A DNA stretch of 64,000 nucleotides from the NCBI RefSeq assembly GCF_018350175.1, contig NC_058368.1:32552001-32616000 (forward strand). The letters are read 5' to 3'. The notes under the pieces were generated by a model. It saw only the letters and a program-made list of their open reading frames with translations. It searched no databases and had not been told where the DNA came from. Every line of letters starts with the position of its first letter. Positions within the stretch are counted from its first letter, which is position 1. Source of the stretch: Felis catus. Taxonomy: Eukaryota. The translations under genes and the position numbers were made by a program. This document shows positions 24,406-36,803 of this stretch, piece after piece.

Positions 24406-24794
24406 TGCTGTTTGTTTGAAAATTGACTCCACACAGAGGACAAGGAGATACCCAAGAAAGAGGCAGGGAACTGCAGTTTGGTAGGTGGCAGGTTTAACAA
24501 GCAAGGTAACATACATATGAGGCTTGTACTGAGCAGACACAAGATGAGTAGATGTCTGTACCTCCTTTCCAGAATCTTAAAAGTTATATAGAAGCCTTAA
24601 CTGAGTCTAGTCATGTATTCAGTCCAGACGGTCTCAACATCCTTCTATCTCAAGTCTATGTACTTGAAATAGTTCCTAGTGTGGGAAAGGTGGGTGGAAC
24701 ACACATTCCAAAGACGGGAGGGACGGTCCATTTGCATGGGTCTAACTCTTAGATTCAAGCATCAGTCAGAGCCTCTAGACAACCTCTTACAACA
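24406..24794 (-). mobile_element. ERVL-class LTR (MER73/MER74-like)
   Basis: Minus strand TGTTGTAAGAGG...ctatataa...gttaaacctgccacctaccaaactg...aaaca; family recalled. Confidence 0.6.
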
Positions 24795-24820
24795 AGAGTG
24801 GAAAGTAGAAAGCTTTTTTA

Positions 24821-25009
24821 AAAAAAATGTTTATTTATTTTTGAGAGAGACAGAGAGAGAGCCCAAGTGGGAGAGGGGCAGAGAGAGGGCGAATGAGAAT
24901 CTCTCAGTGTGGAGCCCAACGAAGGGCTGGATCTCATGAACTGTGAGGTCATGACCTGAGCCAAAACCAAGAGTCAAACACTCAACAGACTGACCCACCC
25001 AGATGCCCC
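24821..25009 (-). mobile_element. Can-SINE (older type)
   Basis: TSD agaaagctttttta at 24807-24820 and 25012-25025. Confidence 0.93.
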
Positions 25010-25499
25010 GCAGAAAGCTTTTTTAGAATGAAGAATAAAGAACAAGGAGGAGATAAATAGGAAATATATAATTGGCTCGGGCCACATAGTCAACTTATTT
25101 GGAGTGAGAAAGTCCAGAGTTGGCTTGGTGATCAGGGATTGGCTGGCTGGGTGGATATATGACATTGCTGGTCAAGCAGAATATTTACAGGGACACAAAA
25201 ATTATCTAAGTTTCAGTTTGCTGGCATGACATCCAAGAAAGGAACAGCTCCATCTTGGGCCTAAAAATTAATTGCAACACTTGTAAGTACTCTTTTTCTC
25301 CTACCTCTCAAAATCCTGACATATTTCACCCTTGAGCACATACCCTTCCATTGACAACCAATTCCAGTTCACCTTCAGTTAAAGTTTTAATGATTTCAAT
25401 ACAATTGCATGCCAAGTGCAATCAGTACTCTACCAGCATTAGTGGTGATAATTCTCATTGCCAGCTGCCCAGTGGGTGAACCAGTTTTCATTTAAGAGT

Positions 25500-25940
25500 C
25501 TGAATCATCAGATTAATCCTGGTGAAAATGTCAGGTTGTGTCCTCTGAAAGCAGAGGTTGAAATTCTAAAATTTGCATGCAGGAGTTTCACTGACAATCG
25601 CTTAACAAAGGAGGATTGGGCAGAGGGAGAATCTGAATTGCAGTGCAGTTGCCAGAGACCTCACTTTCTCATCCCACAAGGAGCTCTGGAGCTGCAATGG
25701 CTTTTCACAATTTTTCCATATCAAGTGAAGGATGTGGGCTTCTGTGGTCCTGCATCCATTTGATGTAATCTTCCCAAATGAGGGACATACTTATAAAATG
25801 GACAGGTTTTTGTTGTTGGTGTTGCTGTTACTGTTGCTGTTGTTGAGGACAATTCCTAGAGAGAGACTCATCCATGAACTACTGGAAACCAACATTGCAA
25901 GAATTCATTCCTCATTCCTGAAAGCATCTACTGTATCATC
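25500..25940 (-). mobile_element. LTR16-like ERVL LTR
   Basis: ggattgggcagagggagaa...tgcagttgc...cccacaaggagctctggagctg matches recalled LTR16. Confidence 0.65.
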
Positions 25941-26484
25941 TACCCTGTGCTGGCCAATGCAGCTTGATCTCATGGAAGTTTCTAAAATTCACAGCAATGA
26001 ATTTTATAAATATTTATCTGAGGAGCAAAAGGGAAAATAATTAATTCATACAGCTCTCATCCCCACATTTTAAGGATAGGGCTATGTGCATTTATTCCTG
26101 CAAATTATAAGTTGGTCATTCACAGTGCTCTTCAGTTTCCCTTAGGCATAATATTTTTAAAGGAAGCCCATGTGAAAGGTTTGTGGTGCTATAAAGTAAT
26201 ATTTTATGATACAGACAAAAGGTGAGGCACTGTAAAATTGAACAGACGTAAATCTTTGAAAAAACCTATGCAGAATTGATCACTGCAGCAGTAGTTGGGG
26301 TAAGTTGTAGGGCTGAGAGCATTAAAGGTTGCCTAAAAGTTTTATCTGATTCAAGACTTAAATGAAAGGATTGACTAATAGATTATTCCATTTGATCAAT
26401 ACAATTTGCTGACAATATCAGTAATGGTATGTTCATGAGGATTTTGTTAATGATGTCAGTAGTGTAAAAAAATGACACCACCCT

Positions 26485-26968
26485 TGAAGGCAACCAGACT
26501 ACAAAGCAGATATCAATGATCTTAATCTCCTGTCACTTACACCTTTGTGTCATATTGTCTCTCACACTGAGTAAGGCTGATATGTATAACCTATAAGAAT
26601 TGTGGAAAAGTACTGTGTGATTTCCAAGACGAGATCATAAAAAGAATTTCACCTTGGATCATTTACTTTAGGAGAAGCCAGCTATTAAAGAAAGACAACA
26701 CTTAAGCAACAATATGACACCCACAGGGCATGGAAAGGCCTCCTGCCAACAGACATTTGACTATGCCAATTTGGAAGTGTATTCTCTTCCTTAGTCAAGT
26801 CTTCAGATAACTTCAGTCACCCTTATTAGAGACAGTGAGCCACAACCACTTAGGCTGCTCCAAAATTCTAGAACCACAGAAACTGTGTGAGGTAATAAAT
26901 CTTAAATTGTTGTTTTAAGTCATCAGATTTTTGGAGTATTTATTACACAGCAGTAGAAAACTAGCACA
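26485..26968 (+). mobile_element. MaLR solo LTR (MLT1F-like)
   Basis: TG...CA; ccacagaaactgtgtgaggtaataaa...cacagcagtagaaaactagcaca end; TSD accct/accat. Confidence 0.85.
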
Positions 26969-27864
26969 ACCATTAAATTACTAATATCCTATCTTTTTTT
27001 CACATTGCACAAATATGTATCATATGCATAATGGCAGAACCTGGCAGGTTCAGGCTTCCAACTCCTAGACTACCTAATTCACTTGGGATACTTTCAGGCA
27101 CAGAAATGGTGTCCTGACTTTTCTAATTAACCTAGAGTTTGAGCACTAAATGGGACAAAGCTTAAACCCTGGACTGACTTATTCTGACATTCCTGACAAA
27201 CTCTGTGGAGAGTATGGGGCATGGGCACTCAAAGAGGGGGGGAAATACTGTGAATGATTGAGTTCTACCCCATTACAACCCACATCTAAGTTCCAAGAAA
27301 AAGCAGCTATTCTAGCTGCCAGGAGGAGTTCTTTTTGTTCACCGAGACAAAGTCTACATCAAATCCATATTTTTCAAGTACAAATGAGTTCTAGGAAAAG
27401 TGGAAGAATAATCAATAGAAGATATAACTATTCATATCTTTCCCTACTGTGATGAGGTCTGCATCTGAAAGTGCTAATTATTTAAGGAAAGGACTTCTTT
27501 CTAAGGGATCGAGCCATAGCAATCAACCACAATCATTGGAAACACTTTGGAATATCCTTATGGCTTAGAGAGGCTCCATTGCAACAAGGGCATGTTAGTG
27601 CCACCTTGTGAGGAGTCCAGGAAATGCAATGAAAATAGAGTTAACAGCACCAGAATTACCTGGTAGGAACAACAAAAAAGTACCACGTGTGTCATTCAAT
27701 AGAGACGTCCCAGAATGCAAACTGCAAAAGACAGCAATCTACCTGTTTACTTTATAAATCTCTCTTAAAGGCTTAAATCAGCACCTGACCTACACCAGAT
27801 GTCCAATAAATATTTTTACTAAAGAGAGGAATTAATTAATGATTTTTTCTTCAATGTTGAAGGC

Positions 27865-27898
27865 ACAAAGTTATGAGACCTACAAAGTTATGAGACCT
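27865..27898. repeat. 17-bp tandem duplication
   Basis: acaaagttatgagacct twice, exact. Confidence 0.9.
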
Positions 27899-28301
27899 TA
27901 CATAATAAAATGTTTCTAAAAAGTCAAGCTTAAGTGTGGTGTAAAAATTAGAAATAGCTTAGTATTGGACTAGGGAGGCAGTCACATAATAAAAGTGGGT
28001 TTCAAGAGGATCTTTACAGATACCGGAAACATCTGATACAGTGATTTTCAGTCAGCTGAGGAACAGGATTACAAAGTCAGAGAAGAGAATAGCTTATATT
28101 AATTGCCATGTAGGCTTTCTGACACAGGTGAAATAGTTTCAGGGACAAAATTTACCCCTACTTCTATAGATGATGTGATGCTCGTCTAACACCCTGAGGA
28201 TTGGAGGTCCAAATAAAATTGTCTTCTGGGGAAAAAAAAAAGTCTAAGGAATTTATGAGCATAAACTATGTTCTAACCCTTTTCCAGTGGGTTCACTTAG
28301 A

Positions 28302-28426
28302 TTATATATATATATATATACATATATATGTATATATATATAATATATAAAATATATAAACTATATAATATATATAATATATATAAATATTATATATAAT
28401 CCATATAAATATATATAATATATATA
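28302..28426. repeat. (TA)n-rich low-complexity tract
   Basis: Direct reading. Confidence 0.9.
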
Positions 28427-29469
28427 TTTTGTACAGTGAGAAGTTAGAAGCTCATTATAAACAGCACTGAATGTGTCTAGAACTATACTTCAAAGTTTCA
28501 AAAGCTCGGGTGTGCAAATTAGATGCTATAACTATTATACCAATTTTTCAGAACACAAAGATAAGGGAACAATGACTTTTCTCAAAGTCATACAATTATA
28601 AGAAAGATAGGATGTAAAATTCAAATCTTATTATTACAATATGCATTCTCTCTAACCTCAATTTTGGCATCATGTAAGTATAACAGAACTTGGTAAAATT
28701 GTGTTGGGTTTGAATGACTAACTTTGGCTTCAGAATTTATTGCACCCGAATGATATTTTACCTGTAATATAACAAAGGCTTTTATCGAGCAACAGCTCAG
28801 AAGTTTTTACTGGCTGACAATTATGTCTAGGTATTCTTGTTATTGAAAATATGAAGGTAATTAAGAAAAAAAGTGCTTTTTCTGAGATTCTTATAATCTA
28901 AAAAGACCATAAACAGGTAAATGAATAAGTTCATATATACATATATTAGTGCTGTGATAAAGTATACTCGGGGAACAGTGGCAGCATGGCAAAGGTACCA
29001 GATCCACCTTTGTTTAAGCAAAGCTTCTACTGGGAGAGCACATCAACATGAGATTGAGAAGTTAAGATGATAAAAAGCTAAGAAGAATTATACAGTGAAT
29101 GATGGTAACTTAAATACAGAGTACAAACAGCTTGATGTTATGATAGAATGAAATTCAAGGAAGAGAATGTCAGGAAATGACTGAATAAATATAGTCATGC
29201 AGGCCCTTGAAAGCATAATAAGTTCTTAATATGCAATTTAATTTTTCCCCAGGTGATGGGTAGAAAATGAACGAGTATTGAAAGCCTTCCAAAGCACTGT
29301 CTACTATTTCTAATTATAAAACCTTCCCAAAAATGATGGCTGAGGCATCTAGAATGCTTCTGCTCTGCATGTACAGAAGCACTGGATAGAAAAGCCACTG
29401 TTCTAAGGGACCAGTGAAGAGGAATGGATGGCTTCTCACTGCCTACTCCAGTAGGATCACAAAGTGGGC

Positions 29470-29983
29470 ATTCCTTGGGTTCTCACCAAACAAGAAATCT
29501 GCCAGTGCCTTTGATCTTGGACCTTCTAGCCTCCAGGACTGTGAGAAATAAATTTCTGTTTGTAAGTTTCCCTGTTTATGCTATTATGTTATAGCAGCTG
29601 TTAAAAAGAAACAACACCCCAAATGGAGTAATTTCGCATGCTTAGCAAAAATTACTTAATACCTAAATTACCATTTCAGCCTCTCTTGGGAGTGGCATTT
29701 TGAACCAGTCTGGAATTTTCTCATCAGCGCTTGTGAGGTAACCTGCCTGGTTAAGACCCCCTTGTCCCTAAGAGAAGGTCAACCTGCCCGAAATAACCCA
29801 TTCTTTTAATTTCCTTGTCCCTCTCCCATTCTGCCTATAAAACCTCCCATTTTATACAACTCCTGGAACTACTTTCTATTTTGCAGATGGGACGCCGCCC
29901 AATTCATTAATCTTTGAATAAAGTCTATCATCAGATCGTCAAATTTATTCAACCCCACTGCCTTAGGCCAACTGACTAAGACA
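29470..29983 (+). mobile_element. MLT1A-like LTR 3' part, interrupted near its end
   Basis: ttgatcttggaccttctagcctccaggactgtgagaaataaatttctg...ttatagcagc[insert]...ctgactaagaca. Confidence 0.8.
29599..29955 (+). mobile_element. ERV1-type LTR inserted in the MLT1A LTR
   Basis: TGTTAAAAAG...aaatggagt start, cctataaaa TATA-like ~29835, aataaa ~29917; 3' end appears clipped. Confidence 0.7.
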
Positions 29984-30196
29984 GCAATTGGCACTGATAA
30001 CAGTTTGGCGCTGCTGTAACAAATACCAAAAATTGTGGAAGCTGCTTTGGAATTGGGTAATAACAGAGTCCAGAAGAGTTTGGAGTTCTCCTGCTTTAAG
30101 CCTACATTGCTGCAAAGGGCCTTTACAGGTGATTCTGGTGAGAGCTCGGAAGGAAAAAAGGAGAGACAGTTGTAGAGAAAGCCTCAATCTTTTTAG

Positions 30197-30285
30197 AAAA
30201 CAAAACAAAACAAAACAAAAACCAAACCAAACCAAACCAAACCAAACCAAACCAAACCAAACCAAACCAAACCAAACCAAAACAA
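30197..30285. repeat. (AAAAC)n/(CCAAA)n pentanucleotide microsatellite
   Basis: Direct reading. Confidence 0.95.
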
Positions 30286-30378
30286 CGAAGTAACCATGAA
30301 CGGATTGCTGACAGACCTGCAGAAGACCTGGGAGGTACCTAGAGAAGCAGGCTGTACACTTGCTGTGGGCTCCGGGTT

Positions 30379-30397
30379 GGCGCGGCAGGTGGCGCCC
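30379..30397 (+). promoter_or_regulatory. Candidate CTCF motif in a CpG-rich patch
   Basis: ggcgcggCAGGTGGCGCcc vs consensus TGGCCACCAG(G/A)(G/T)GGCGC; motif match only, no binding data. Confidence 0.45.
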
Positions 30398-31341
30398 TAG
30401 GGCGGCTGCGGCTCAAAGCAGCGCGCAGGATCAGGAGAGCACCTGAGGCCTGTGTTCTCCCAGGCGATGCCAGCTGGAGCCAGTGAGTGAGGAAAATCGG
30501 ATATTCAGCCGAAGAGATGATCTAAGCACGCTATTAAAGGTATGGCTTGACTCCTCCTGACTGCTTAATAGTTAAATGATACAAGAGAGGAACGACTTAG
30601 ATATGGAGTTGTTCAGCAAAAAGGAAGCAAAAATTAGAGATTTGGAAAATTCTCAGCCGGATCATATTGCGAAAAAAGAGGTGTAGCCCAGTGGCTCTTT
30701 GATACGGAAGTTAGTATGGGTGTGAGCCCTGGACTTAATTACCGCAGGAAGTAAACTGCCAGTTTTCACTAAGCAGGAAACAGATGGGAGGAAATGAAGG
30801 AAGGCCTGTGGGGTTTCTTGGATTTTTATTGGAAGGGACCATAACTATTTGGCTGCAAATGCTATACTTTAAGACAAGGAAAGAATGGCTCTGGAGGCGA
30901 TTCAGTGATCATCAGGTCTGGACCTTCAGTTTCAAATGGGGACACCACTGTCTTGCTTTCACCTGCTCAGACAGTCACCAACCAAAGACACAGGGGCAGG
31001 ACTACCCAAAGTCATGAGAGTACCCAAAAGTGTCAGTGCAGAACTTCCTCGTTATTGAGCCGAAGAGGATTGGTCTCAATCCCTAAATTCTAATGTGGAT
31101 TTCCCTGATAGGTTTTGGACTTGCTTGGGAGGTCCTGTACTCCTTCCTTCTTTGCTATTTCTTCCTTTTGGAATAGGTGTGGCTTTGTATGCTTGCTTAG
31201 CCTGTCATTTTGCTTTGGAAGCACATCTCCTATTTCGTTTCACAGCTTCATAGCTGGAGAGCAATCTTCCTCGGGATAAATCTTACTTTTAGTCCTCTGG
31301 TATTGCATTTGTAAAGATGTGGTAAAAGTCCCACGTTTTAA

Positions 31342-31564
31342 AAAATGTTTTTTGATGTTTATTTATTTTTGAGAGACAGAGAGGAAGAGAGAGACAGAGA
31401 GTCAGCAGGGGAAGGGGCACAGAGAGGAAGACATAGAAATAAAGCAGGTTCCAGACTCTGAGTTGTTAGTACAAAGCCCGACTTGGGGCTCAAACTCACA
31501 AACCGTGAGATCATGACCTGAGCAGAAGTCGGATTCTCAACCGACTGAGCCACCCAGGCATCCC
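31342..31564 (-). mobile_element. Can-SINE
   Basis: TSD aaagtcccac(g)ttttaa. Confidence 0.95.
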
Positions 31565-31618
31565 AAAGTCCCACTTTTAATCTGATATTAGTGAAGGGAA
31601 AAATAATTAATGTATTAT

Positions 31619-31845
31619 TATTTATTTTATTTTTTTAATTTAAAGTTTATTTATTGAGAGAGACAGAGACAGAGACAGAGAGAGAGCGAGGGATGGGCAG
31701 CGAGAGAGAAGAGAGTGAATGCAAAGCAGGCTTGAGCTGTCAGTGCAGACCCCAGTGTGGGGCTTGATCTCACAAACCATGAGATCATGACCTGAGCCAA
31801 AACTGAGAGTCAGATGCTTAAACGACTGAGCCACCCAGGCACCCC
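31619..31845 (-). mobile_element. Can-SINE (older type)
   Basis: TSD taatgtattat/taatgtaatat. Confidence 0.95.
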
Positions 31846-32289
31846 TAATGTAATATCTTTTAAAAATTGGGGAGTGGGTAGTTAGGAAAAGAAGATATCA
31901 CTAGGTTAAATATTACCATGATTCATGAAGAACATGTCAAGAAAAGAAAAAGGACATTGCCTTTTTGTGACAAGGTCAATAGATTGAAGAACAAGGAACA
32001 ATTAGAGAAAAAACTGTTTTTTTGACTAGAGAAAATAGTTTTCTCATGATTAATAAATCAATATGAACCTGGAGGAAACTCCCCAGTTGTATGCCATTTG
32101 ATCTGTTCTTTGTTTCTAGTTTCTTGTTCAATAGGTTTATCAATAAGTTAAATTAAATATACTTGTGACTTTTGCTAGATATATAGATTTGAGAAGGATA
32201 GCTGTGTTCAATGGATTACAAAATAAAAAGAGGTTATCAAACAGAACTACCTGAAAACCATAAAATAGATTTTAAAAGAAATATATGCA

Positions 32290-32519
32290 GGAGCGCCTAG
32301 GTGGCTCAGTCAGTTAAGCATCTGACTTTGGCTCAGATCATGATCTAGTGGGCCGGGGGTTCAAGATCCCCACTGGGCTCTGTGCTGACAGCTCAGAGCC
32401 TGGAGCCTGCTTCAGATTCTGTCTCCCTCTCTCTCTGCCCCTTCCCCATTTGTGTTCTGTCTCTCTCTCTCTGTGTCAAAAATAAACAAAGATTAAAACA
32501 TCGAAAAAAATTTAAAAAA
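32290..32519 (+). mobile_element. Can-SINE
   Basis: 17-bp TSD taaaagaaatatatgca at 32273-32289 and 32520-32536. Confidence 0.97.
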
Positions 32520-32609
32520 TAAAAGAAATATATGCAAAAATTATCTTGAAGAAAAAAATCAATCATAAGAATAAGATCTTTCATTTAAGTAAAGACACTC
32601 ATTACTTTA

Positions 32610-33130
32610 GATTCTGGGATACACTGTTTTAAAGGGAATGACAACAAATATTTAAAAGAAGAAAACCATTTTGTATTTTAATACATTTGAGAAATCCTGG
32701 GATACACAAAATTAAAGAAGTTTACTTATTAAATAAAGTCTTAGACTTTGCTGTGCTAATATGAATTTTGAAAGTCTATACTGGAATAATTTAGTAAAAT
32801 TTTAAATTCATTTGAAGTGTGAAATCTCCCTTTTTCTTTTTTTTAAAATTTTTTTTTTTAATGTTTATTTATTTTTGAGACAGAGACAGAGCATGAACGG
32901 GGGAGGGACAGAGAGAGAGGGAGACACAGAATCAGAAACAGGCTCCAGGCTCCGAGCCATCAGCCCAGAGCCTGACGCGGGGCTCGAACTCACAGACCGC
33001 GAGATCGTGACCTGGCTGAAGTCGGACGCTTAACCGACTGCGCCACCCAGGCGCCCCTGAAATCTCCCTTTTTCAACAAAGTTTCTCTTGTATTCAGTAT
33101 TCCTTAGAACAAAGTTTAAACATTTCTAGA
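32610..33130. mobile_element. hAT-Charlie MITE (MER112-like) interrupted by a SINE
   Basis: tttgagaaatcctgggatacacaaaattaaag...tgctaatatgaattttgaa...agtattccttagaaca; family recalled. Confidence 0.45.
32837..33057 (-). mobile_element. Very young Can-SINE (SINEC_Fc)
   Basis: Perfect 17-bp TSD tgaaatctccctttttc at 32820-32836 and 33058-33074; nearly all CpGs retained. Confidence 0.98.
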
Positions 33131-33133
33131 GGA

Positions 33134-33334
33134 GGGGCACCTGGGTGGCTCAGGTTAGGTGTCTGACTTGGGCTCAGGTCATGATCTTATGGTTTGTGAA
33201 TTCAAGCCCCGCGTAGGGCTCTGTGCTGACAGCCTGGAGCCTGCTTCAGATTCTGTGTCTCCCTCTCTCTCTGCTCCTCCCCCACTCATGCCCTGTCTCT
33301 CTCTGTCTCTCAAAAATAAACATTAAAAAAAAAA
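33134..33334 (+). mobile_element. Can-SINE
   Basis: TSD aaacatttctagagga(g) at 33118 and 33335. Confidence 0.97.
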
Positions 33335-34559
33335 AAACATTTCTAGAGGAGCAGAAAGTAGTAGAAATTTATAGTCTAAGAGATCCTACTAGGGGTAAGT
33401 GTATACAAATTAACTAAATCAGAGTGAGTTTCTTACTAATGTTTCTACTAATGTGTAAATAATCATTACAATAAGGTAGAGACTATTCTCTTTCTTCAGG
33501 GATTTACATTCTTGTAGGTGAATAAAGATATTAAATGATCTTGATAATTTTGGATTATGGTAAATACTTTTAAATGAAATACTTGGAATAAAATAATACA
33601 AAATAACCAGAGTATTGTTTTAGGGAGTACAGTTTGGTTAAGTATCCTCGAAAAGACACAATTTGAGATAAGTGAAAAACTACTTAATGCATTACTTGAT
33701 GGATATGTGTAGAATAAAAAAAAATAGGCTTAGTAAGGAAGTAAGAATGTAGGTCACTCAAAAATTCCCATGGCCACACCATTATTTTTGTCTCAGTGAG
33801 GAAGGAGAGAATGGAGAAACTATTTTATAGACGTGGTTTATTTTAGACAATCATTTGAATACAAAATTTTTTAAAAAGTTTCATTTTCAACTCCTGTCCA
33901 ATGTCTTAATACTTAATGGAGATTAATCTTGTAATTTTACATTGTAAAAATGTCTATTTTTCAAATTTATCTATGACTTTTCACACCGCTTATGTTTTAG
34001 CAGGATTTTTTTTTTCAGTTTAACTGGAAATTGGTAGAAGCTGAACTACCAAGTGCTAAGGAGACACTACTTAAACTAGCAGTCTCTTTTACTGTTTGAT
34101 TAATATTACACATTAATCATAATAATTTAACAACCAAGACTCTTACAGAATCTAGCATAGTTGTTATACATTCTAGGGAGCCACATTGGGAACATAAGGA
34201 CTAGTTCTAATGGTCTTATCATGATACATTTGTGTGTAAGAGAATAACAGCTTCTTCTAAAACACTGTTGGAAATAGAAGGAACAATTTCCTACAGCTTC
34301 TCATTGTCATATAAGCTCATTGAATTAAGGCATGATTTCTTCAACTGCATGCATACAGCAGTATCTATGAAATATTTAATCAATGTGGTTTTATGGATTC
34401 AAATTTTTCAAACAGAAAAGCTCATTTATAATGCCAAAAATATTAACATTTGGATATTAACAAATACTCAAAACTGTCACAGAGTGAAAGAACACAATCC
34501 CCAGAGGCAAAATAAATTAACTCCTTTAAAAGGTTATTTTATTAAAAAATAAAATTATT

Positions 34560-35600
34560 CTCTGTGAACAGGTCTCGGTTTCTAATATCATTCTTCAATA
34601 AAAGGAACAAGTGTTCCTTGGAGAAGTACATGATCATAGGTCTGGAGTAGAATAGGTACAAGAGGAGTCTGAAAAGAATCCTGGAAAGATTCTGAAAAGA
34701 ATCTGAAAAGCATCTGGAAAGAAAAGAAGTGCTAAAATAAACACTAAACTAAAGCCTCACTGATGGGGGATATGTCAGAGGGAAGCAGGAACCAACAGAA
34801 AGTATTCACAAAGCTGGGTTATTTTGAGAAAATAAATGAAGAGGTACTGAATTATAATCTAACATATAAAATAATATCCATGAGACCATATTGATATAAA
34901 TAAATGATTGAATAAATAATGAGGAAGAAGAGACAAATCTTTGCAGAGGAAGTCCAAATAACTTATGTAGCTAAACCATCCTGTACATGGAGCATAACTA
35001 CCACTCTTATGTGTGGTTTGGACATAGTGTCCTCTTTGTAAGCAATACAACATAGAAAGGGGGGAAATGTTTCCAGTGGGGATATCTGATACATGTGATA
35101 ACTCATATTGATTGTATGTATACTTGATATGATATGATGTGATGAAAATGGTATTTTATCTCTGTGGTCTTCCTTCCAAAAGTCTATACCTCAGGCTAAT
35201 TATGAGGATAAAAAAATCCCAATTTATGGACATTCCTTGGAATACTGACCAATACCCCTCACCACTGTCAAGATCATCAATTCAGTGTCAGTCTGAGAAA
35301 CTGTCATGGCCAAAAGAAGCCTATGGAGACATGCCATCTAATTGTAATGTGGTATCCCTGAGGGGATTCTGAAACAAAAAAAGTATATTACATAAAGATT
35401 AAGGGAATCTGAGTGAAGTATGGACTTGAATCAATAATAGTGTGTCAGTTGAGTTCATTTATTGTGATAAATATACCAAATCAATGCAATATATTTCTAA
35501 TAGGGGAAAGAGGAGGTGCAGTACATGGAAAATCTCTGTACTATCTTCATAACTTTTCCCTAAGTATAACCATTCCAAAATTTTATTAAATTATTTAAAA
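34560..35600 (+). mobile_element. L1MC-type 3' UTR
   Basis: ggtttctaatatcattcttcaataaaaggaac...; aaatctctgtactatcttcataactttt end. Confidence 0.8.
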
Positions 35601-36060
35601 TAACTTAATCTGCTTTCAGGAAAGTAGCAATTAAAAATATATTTATATGATACATAACACAAAAAATTGTAAGCATTTTATCTTCAAAAGAAAGCTGCTT
35701 TTTAAAAGGGTAAAGCAAATTAGAATTTCAGAGGATATCATTTTTTTAAATGCTAAAGTCAAGAATGTTCAGAGTTTTAAACTCAAAGAAGCAGATTTTC
35801 TCATTACGAATTCAATGCCTTCAAAAAGATTAAGCACAAAATTACAAGATGTTAAAAACTTGTAAATAGTTTTGGAAAACTTAGCCATAAAATGTTTTCA
35901 TTGCTTAGGGAGAAAGATAAAATTATTGGATAATTTGTCATAAGAACAAAATGATAGTTTTTATTTATTTTATCTTCAATCTTTCAAAATTGGTGAGATA
36001 ATATTGGTAAGAACAAGTTGTGTTAAACTATTTAAAATTTGATAATTTACTTGGAATTCT

Positions 36061-36127
36061 TTAAAAAAATTTTTTTAACATTTATTCACTTTTGAGAGAC
36101 AGAGAGACAGAGCGTGACTGGGGACGG

Positions 36128-36162
<35 letters not shown>

Positions 36163-36294
36163 GCAGAATCCGAAGCAGGCTCCAGGCTCTGAGCTGTCAG
36201 CACAGAGCCCGATATGGGCCTGAACCCATGAACCATGAGATCAGGACCTGAGCGGAAGTTGGATGCTTAACTGACTGAGCCAACCAAGTGCCCC
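36061..36294 (-). mobile_element. Can-SINE
   Basis: TSD tacttggaattct/tacttgaaattct at 36048 and 36295. Confidence 0.96.
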
Positions 36295-36590
36295 TACTTG
36301 AAATTCTAATCACCACTGAATTCATATCTTTCTTCATTCTCTAAATTCCTTGGAACTAAGTCTGAATTCTGGACTTCGTATGGTATAGGTGCTAAGGGAG
36401 AGGAAAGGAAAAAAAAAAAGAAAAAAGAAAAGAAGAAATTTAAAAACTGGGGCTGTAATTCCAAAGAATGAATTTGTAATGCTCGTAATAGAATGAGCAT
36501 TCTGGAAACCTCAATGCCAAGGTACAACCATAACATGGGGAAACAGGATGGATAATACATAGTGTGATGAGTCTTAAAAAAATTAAATTT

Positions 36591-36803
36591 GGGGCACCTG
36601 AGTGGCTTAGTCAGTTAATTACCCAACTCGATTTCGGCTCAGGTCCTGATCTCATGGTCATGAGATTGAGCCCTTTGTCTCTGCACTAGGTGTGGAGACT
36701 GCTGAAGATTTTCTCCCTTGCCCTTTGTCCCTCCCTGGTGTGTGCTCTCAAACTCTGTCTGTCTCTCTCTGTCTCTCTTTCTCTCTCTCAAAAGAATAAA
36801 ATA
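36591..36803 (+). mobile_element. Old Can-SINE
   Basis: ggggcacctgagtggcttag head, CT linker, short tail; no TSD found. Confidence 0.9.

Larger units (their letters stand above)
24314..25278 (-). mobile_element. ERV1-type LTR split by another LTR and a SINE
   Basis: tgtgaaaaat...ttgcaaca ends; minus strand starts TGTTGCAATTAATTTTTAGGCCCAAGATGGAG...CAGCAAACTGAAAC. Confidence 0.5.
29984..31320 (+). mobile_element. MaLR internal sequence (MLT1A-int-like)
   Basis: Follows the LTR directly: tgctgtaacaaatacc...gctttggaattgggtaat...; gatttggaaaattctcagcc; no 3' LTR recognised. Confidence 0.85.

Noticed and set aside
29963..30293. ORFs with (VWFGL)n / (KPNQT)n repeats
   Set aside because: Translations of the (CCAAA)n microsatellite.
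34668..34725. Degenerate 11-12 bp repeat ctgaaaagaat
   Set aside because: Local slippage inside an L1MC 3' UTR; no sign of function.
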